This document shows positions 55,001-58,784 of a DNA stretch of 58,784 nucleotides, in pieces; within the stretch, counting starts at the first letter, position 1, and every line of letters starts with the position of its first letter. The stretch is from an uncultured Coriobacteriaceae bacterium (lineage in GTDB: Bacteria > Actinomycetota > Coriobacteriia > Anaerosomatales > Anaerosomataceae), in the NCBI GenBank assembly GCA_964392965.1, contig CAYMSA010000001.1, forward strand, positions 6,689 through 65,472, written 5' to 3'. The position numbers and the translations under genes are program-made. The notes under the pieces are model-generated. The model did not search any database and was not told where the DNA came from. It saw only the letters and a list, made by a program, of their open reading frames with translations.

Positions 55001-56268
55001 GCCACATGAACACCGCCGAGGCGCAGCTGGACGTTCAGGGCCGCAGCCAGCCGTTCGTACAGCGACGGATTCGACTCGATGATGTGCATCCAGCAGCGAA
55101 TCTGCGGCAGATGGAACGGGTTCGCCACCGTCTGCCACTCATCGGTCGCGCCACCGATGTCCGGGTACTGGAACCGCACCGAGAGCAGGTCCTCGATGAG
55201 GTGGTCCGCGGCGCGGGCGTTTCCGGACTGGCCGATAGCGACACCCACGACCTCGTAGCACTGGAACCGCATCAGCAGGAACTGACTGTCGTGCGAACGG
55301 AAGAACCGGGTGAGCCGGCTCAGAACGCGCTCCGGGTCGGTGTGCTGCCCCGGTTCTGCGAGCTGCTTCACCACGCCCAGCAGGTCGACCATCACCTGGC
55401 TCTGCCGGTAGCCGAGCGTATCGTCCTTGAGGAAGTAGAGGCACACGGTGAAGCGATCCTCGAGGTCCTCCACCCTGAAGATGCGGTCGATGGCCTGGTC
55501 GAGGATCTCGGAGAAGAGCGGCAGCCCCGCCGAGAAGAGTCCGGCGACCGGTGCCCGCTCGGCCGCCTCCATGAGTCCGGCCATGCGTTCGGGCGCCAGG
55601 AGCGAGAAGTGTGCCGCAGCAACGGCGGGTGCCCCGAGTCCCGCCTGCCCTGAACCCGCCCACTGCGGCACGGGCAGGCGCTCACGCAGCCGGCGGTAGC
55701 CGAGGGCGAGCAGGTCCCGGTAGAGCCGGGCGAAGGGCGCCTCGAGCGCGGGGTGCGCCACCGCTCGCTCGGCGAGAGCGCGCAACAGGCCGTCGCGGTC
55801 GAGCAGAGCGCTGGGGTGGCGGCCGAGGGCGCCGGAGAGTCCCTGTGCCACCGCGAGCAGGGTGTCGTCGTGCGGGCCCGGACACGACGGCCCGTCCAGG
55901 ACACGGGCGCTCCACGAGAGCAGCTGGCGGATGAGGAGTGAGGTCTGGTGTGATGAAAGCGGTTCGGCCAGCAGCCCAACGGCCAGCTCGGCCAGCAGCT
56001 TGACGCACCGGTCGCATTCCTCCGAGCGCTCGAAGTACGCCCAGTCACGCAGCAGGAGTGTCTGCAAGCCGTCGATGAGATGGTCGACGTTGCGAAACGT
56101 ATGGAAGTACTCGGCGAGCACCGCCGAGAGGTCGGCGCTCACACCATGGAAGCCAGCGACCGCCTGCATCAACGGCAGGTAGCGGTCGGGAACGACCACC
56201 TCCTGGGCGGTGCCGGCGATGTTGGCCCGGAGTGCACCGGAATCGAACGGTACTTCCACGGGTTTCAT
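52027..56268 (-). CDS. 1413-aa multidomain protein: uncharacterised helical N-terminal region (aa 1 to ~890) fused to a PPDK-type nucleotide-binding ATP-grasp domain (aa ~897-1245) and a PEP-utilizer phosphohistidine swivel domain (His1326); no PEP/pyruvate TIM-barrel domain
   Basis: PPDK_N motifs: GFKGLGLKQM, SIRSGAAISMPGSMATFVNVGLND, GTAVIVQRMVFGN, SGSGVTFTHDP, SQGEDLVGG, QEIEFTFES..LYILQKR. Swivel domain: LLTARGGATSHAAVTARRLGKTAVV (His codon at 52291..52293). The protein ends about 85 aa after the His. Confidence 0.75.
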   Translation of the reverse strand: MKPVEVPFDSGALRANIAGTAQEVVVPDRYLPLMQAVAGFHGVSADLSAVLAEYFHTFRNVDHLIDGLQTLLLRDWAYFERSEECDRCVKLLAELAVGLLAEPLSSHQTSLLIRQLLSWSARVLDGPSCPGPHDDTLLAVAQGLSGALGRHPSALLDRDGLLRALAERAVAHPALEAPFARLYRDLLALGYRRLRERLPVPQWAGSGQAGLGAPAVAAAHFSLLAPERMAGLMEAAERAPVAGLFSAGLPLFSEILDQAIDRIFRVEDLEDRFTVCLYFLKDDTLGYRQSQVMVDLLGVVKQLAEPGQHTDPERVLSRLTRFFRSHDSQFLLMRFQCYEVVGVAIGQSGNARAADHLIEDLLSVRFQYPDIGGATDEWQTVANPFHLPQIRCWMHIIESNPSLYERLAAALNVQLRLGGVHVADTDLFQRDVTRFLNADIRSIYFVAKQLLRAFPVYFRDLGAEGELRAVSTEMDEICGRKDTLTHFLRKQSHAESSNRLVAFSKAALVYWTTLDSSGLEEYLSPAALTAVRDELHWAEEPHQVLSAIVGEWDGGLDGIDAGEFIDRLAGLAYGDLEERVTGAGSASAVAEAASRRVLLMLRTHQLLAQKYSLSTGDLAPAVEAHLLLDGRVRQRFTRALADWQRLPGASSRDRLLDASLTVLERLKEIVCDPTPSEATESIYHKRHIAAGIPSMYGNYSEPKFEALGLSFRVERLVGRLLEDLVAGGVEEYITHDSLRRMAAVVRQFERALVVDGLDSHALTTNLGLLESGLESRNFTFHQYQNVFQFIVGAVTELSRTSVLSHDQVLRTILEHDTRQSEARRLAPDAVAEAALREVLVAALGMQALDRYVAAALRQLSTLAVGLRDRALTCMMNYDPERLVSPIHVARPEVDDQRTLGFKGLGLKQMASYGHRVPEGFVLTTELFAARPAFAHRPLYRDTIERIRAALGNLERATSLRLGDPEHLLLLSIRSGAAISMPGSMATFVNVGLNDDLAEALARTPGFEWAAWDSYRRFLQSWAMTSGADRDFFDGIMNEFKTRYGIERKFDFTAAHMRELAFAYKSRAREIGVAFEDDPFRQVIACVRKVLESWDSPEATLYREYLNIAPEWGTAVIVQRMVFGNRSRESGSGVTFTHDPTEPYSRRVRLFGDFTARSQGEDLVGGLVFPLPISETQRLSSPIYRNVEHSLEKDYPDVYRALLDVAHNLVHGREFDPQEIEFTFESSSGEDLYILQKRAMVQEQTQESAYFDTASVASGPPVAMGTGVAGGAFSGRAAITTEQIDRLLGEVPPAPVILLRPDTVPEDIAMIARAAGLLTARGGATSHAAVTARRLGKTAVVDCRELEVIEREGVAFLAGQRLEAGEWLSIDGRTGAIYRGHLPIRSRSSKASGEVEPSGGDDASEEEDASGELG

Positions 56269-56384
56269 ATCCTGGATAGTACCCGCCTGTGGAGACTGCT
56301 AGCCGGATGGGTGTTCGCCGTTGCTTGACCCGAGTGTGCGGGTACGTTCAGCACATATCGACCACCGGGAGAGGCAGGAGCACG

Positions 56385-56822
56385 ATGACCACGGGCAAAC
56401 TTGCGCTGCTCTATCTCGCAACCACGGTCGCGTTCTTCGCCATCGACTTCGTCTGGCTCTCGACGATGACCTCACGTGTCTACCAGCCCCGCCTCGGACA
56501 CCTGCTCGCCACTCAGCCACGCCTCGGGGTCGCCGCCGGCTTCTACCTCCTGTATGTGCTAGGAGTCGTAGCGCTCGCGGTCGTCCCCGGACTGAAGGAG
56601 GGTGCGGCTCTCGGCGCTCTCTGGCGGGGCGCACTCTTCGGCCTGGTCGCCTACGCCACGTACGACCTCACCAACCTCGCCACGCTGCGCGACTGGCCAG
56701 TGGACATCACGCTCATCGACCTCGTATGGGGTACCGTGCTCACCGGCGCCGTGGCGACGATCGGGTACTACGCGGGCCGGCTCATCGGGATCCTGCCGAC
56801 GGATGGCGTACTGCCGGGCTGA
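56385..56822 (+). CDS. DUF2177-family membrane protein
   Basis: Start trimmed to Met33. FFAIDFVWLSTM, FYLLYVLGVV, AYATYDLTNLATLRDWP, IDLVWGTVLTG match my memory of DUF2177. Confidence 0.6.
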   Translation: MTTGKLALLYLATTVAFFAIDFVWLSTMTSRVYQPRLGHLLATQPRLGVAAGFYLLYVLGVVALAVVPGLKEGAALGALWRGALFGLVAYATYDLTNLATLRDWPVDITLIDLVWGTVLTGAVATIGYYAGRLIGILPTDGVLPG

Positions 56823-56946
56823 CGAGTCAACCGCAAAGCTCGCGCACCTTCCGGCGATCGGGTCACCGCAGACCTCCCGACTGCCGCAGCAGTCGTGTCG
56901 CCTCAGTTCGTCTCATCCCCGCCGGCCGATTCCCCTACTCGTCACT

Positions 56947-57738
56947 TCACCCCTTCTTCGGCGGCAGGGGTACCAACGCGCTCGTACGGGCCTTGTACTC
57001 GGCCCAGCCCGGCTTCTCCTCCATGGAGCGCTCGGCGAGCGGGATTCCCGAGATCTTCACCAGCAACCACGTGATCGTGATCGGCCCGATGAGTCCCACC
57101 CACCCACCGGGTATGGTGAGAACGGCGATCGCAAGTCCCCACCACATCGTCGCCTCGCCGAAGTAGTTGGGATGTCGGGTGTATCTCCACAGACCATCGG
57201 TCATGATCGTGCCGCGATTGGCCGGGTCGGCGAGGAACGCCGCCAGCTGTGCGTCGCCGACGGACTCGAAGAGGAACCCCGCGGCCCAGACGAGCACGCC
57301 GAAGACGCCCAGGACGCCGAACGCCACATCTCCCGAAGCCGCTACCAGCAGCGGAGAAGAGATCAGGAGCATGAAGATGCCCTGGAGCATGAACACCTGC
57401 AGGAACGACCGGGGCAGGAGCCACTTCCCCCACTCCTCGCGCCACTTCGCGTACCGTCGGTCTTCACGAGCGCCTGGTCGGAGATTGCGGCGCGCCACAT
57501 GCCACGCCAGGCGCCCTCCCCAGACGAGCACCAGCACGCTCATGACGTACTGGCGAAGCGAGGGCGCATCCGTGCGGATGAGCAACCACCCGGCGATCAC
57601 GATGAAGCCGATTCCCCATGCGACGTCCGCCAGGTCGTTGCGCTTGACGGCGGTTGCGACGACGAACCATGCGGTCATGTAGATGAAGACCAGTCCTGCT
57701 ACTTCAGCGACGATTCGCCAGAGCTCCTGTGTCGGCAT
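56947..57738 (-). CDS. DUF1295 / steroid-5-alpha-reductase-like membrane protein
   Basis: DVAWGIGFIV, LVLVWGGRLAWHV, GLWRYTRHPNYFGEATMWWG. Confidence 0.7.
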   Translation of the reverse strand: MPTQELWRIVAEVAGLVFIYMTAWFVVATAVKRNDLADVAWGIGFIVIAGWLLIRTDAPSLRQYVMSVLVLVWGGRLAWHVARRNLRPGAREDRRYAKWREEWGKWLLPRSFLQVFMLQGIFMLLISSPLLVAASGDVAFGVLGVFGVLVWAAGFLFESVGDAQLAAFLADPANRGTIMTDGLWRYTRHPNYFGEATMWWGLAIAVLTIPGGWVGLIGPITITWLLVKISGIPLAERSMEEKPGWAEYKARTSALVPLPPKKG

Positions 57739-57791
57739 CTCGTGATACCTCCCTCATCCCGGTGGTGACGCGGACATACCGACGCGTGCTG

Positions 57792-58649
57792 CTAGAGGGG
57801 CTCGACGGTCTCGTACGCGAGTCCTATGGCCGGATCGACGTGGATCGCGATGGCCGCGCTCACCGGCCGCACCGGTGCGATCATGCCGGCCACGGGAGTA
57901 ATCGCCTCGGCGGCGAACCGCTCCGCCTCCTCGAAGTCGGCCACCGCCTGCACGGCCACGCGCGCCAGCCCACAGCGCGCCACGTCCTTCTGCATGATGG
58001 CGACCATCCTTCGAAGCGCCTGACGACGCGAGCGGACGACGCCCGCGATACCGGTGACGCCGTCGGCGGCGGTGAGGACCGGTGCGATGTGGAGAACGTG
58101 CCCTAGAAGCGCAGCCGCTCCCGAGATGCGCCCTCCCCGCGCCAGATGGTCGAGGCTCTTGGGCGCGAAGAGGTACCGGGAGCGCGCGATCGACGCCCTG
58201 GCCGCGGCTTCACACGCCTCGAAGTCGCCGCCCGAGCTGGCGCACTCGGCAGCGGCGAGCACCGCGAAACCCTCCTGCATCGAGTTGGACTTCGAATCCA
58301 CGAGCGCCACCCGCGCGCCAGGATACGCCTCGCGCGTGAGTGCGGCGCCCAGCTCGGCCGAGGCGAACGTGCCGCTCAGACCCGCGGAGACGAAGACGCC
58401 GACGACGTCATCGCCTGCCTGCACCGCCGAGGAGAAGACCTGCGCGAACATCTCGGGCGACGGCTGCGATGTGGTGAGGCCCGGAGCGCCCTCGGCGATA
58501 CGACGATGGAGCGCGAGGACGTCGATCTCGCTCTCGGGCGTTGAGGTGCCGCCCTCCACCACCTCGATCGGCACAACGCGGATGCCAAACCGCTCGATCT
58601 CCTCGGCGGCAAGCGAGCTTGTCGAGTCGGTGACTACCGTGATGGCCAT
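57792..58649 (-). CDS. DegV-family fatty-acid-binding protein (second paralog)
   Basis: Start trimmed to MAITVVTDSTSSL. TSQPSPEMF, VSAGLSGTF, KSLDHLARGGRI. Confidence 0.85.
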   Translation of the reverse strand: MAITVVTDSTSSLAAEEIERFGIRVVPIEVVEGGTSTPESEIDVLALHRRIAEGAPGLTTSQPSPEMFAQVFSSAVQAGDDVVGVFVSAGLSGTFASAELGAALTREAYPGARVALVDSKSNSMQEGFAVLAAAECASSGGDFEACEAAARASIARSRYLFAPKSLDHLARGGRISGAAALLGHVLHIAPVLTAADGVTGIAGVVRSRRQALRRMVAIMQKDVARCGLARVAVQAVADFEEAERFAAEAITPVAGMIAPVRPVSAAIAIHVDPAIGLAYETVEPL

Positions 58650-58784
58650 TGGGTCTCCATGTCCTCCGTCGGGGTAGGCCCCCGGACACTTCGCCGAACC
58701 CCCGATGTACTGCGGAGTCACCACAGTTGTTCCCGAGTGCGGCCAGATTCATCCAGCGACTGCCGATTCGAAGGCTCGCGGAGT

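Noticed and set aside
1-58784. CRISPR arrays, IS elements/transposases, integrases, prophage genes, rRNA/tRNA genes
   Set aside because: I found no spaced direct-repeat arrays, no terminal inverted repeats flanking a transposase-like ORF, no recombinase motifs and no tRNA-like cloverleaf candidates in the intergenic regions. The window looks like core chromosome.

Overview
GC-rich chromosomal window with no rRNA, tRNA, CRISPR array or recognisable mobile element; genes are tightly packed and many are translationally coupled. All function calls come from reading motifs in the supplied translations, because no database search was possible. Gene content (lipobox lipoproteins, two DegV paralogs, a LanFEG-type ABC module, radical-SAM heme enzymes, FmdE, DUF5320, a probable selenoprotein) suggests a high-GC Gram-positive-type, probably anaerobic or microaerophilic organism; that taxonomic reading is inference only.

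Layout:
- 1-4.7 kb: hisF (partial), a TspO-like protein, a thioredoxin-fold peroxiredoxin-like gene interrupted by one in-frame TGA (candidate selenocysteine), a DUF2779 nuclease and a Zn peptidase.
- 5.3-15.8 kb: a nine-gene minus-strand heme operon, hemE-hemH-hemY-hemA-hemC-hemD-hemB-(AhbD-like radical SAM)-hemL, with a divergent AhbC-like radical SAM gene at 15.9-17.1 kb.
- 17.2-22.2 kb: two lipoproteins, then an fmdE plus FecB/BtuF-type ABC importer operon preceded by a leader that carries a strong intrinsic terminator.
- 22.3-31.5 kb: two divergent SDR paralogs, a YqhA-like protein, metQIN, DegV, an ABC-2 exporter and a lipoprotein.
- 31.6-37.6 kb: a fused APH-like/P-loop kinase overlapping a DUF89 phosphatase; a membrane protein plus GntR(YtrA) operon with a palindromic operator, divergent from a processive GT2 synthase; and a DUF5320 protein.
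- 37.7-49.8 kb: glnS, an OmpR/HK pair with a LanFEG-like ABC transporter, a Pat-type acetyltransferase and an M13 peptidase.
- 49.9-56.3 kb: a co-directional trio of a 1413-aa protein (about 890 aa of unknown N-terminus fused to a PPDK-type ATP-grasp and phosphohistidine swivel domain, no PEP/pyruvate TIM barrel), a long divergent GAPDH-family enzyme and a COG1237-type MBL protein. This is my best candidate for an undescribed system.
- 56.4-58.8 kb: DUF2177, DUF1295 and a second DegV.

Many long ORFs in the track are antisense or out-of-frame artefacts of high GC content and were not called.
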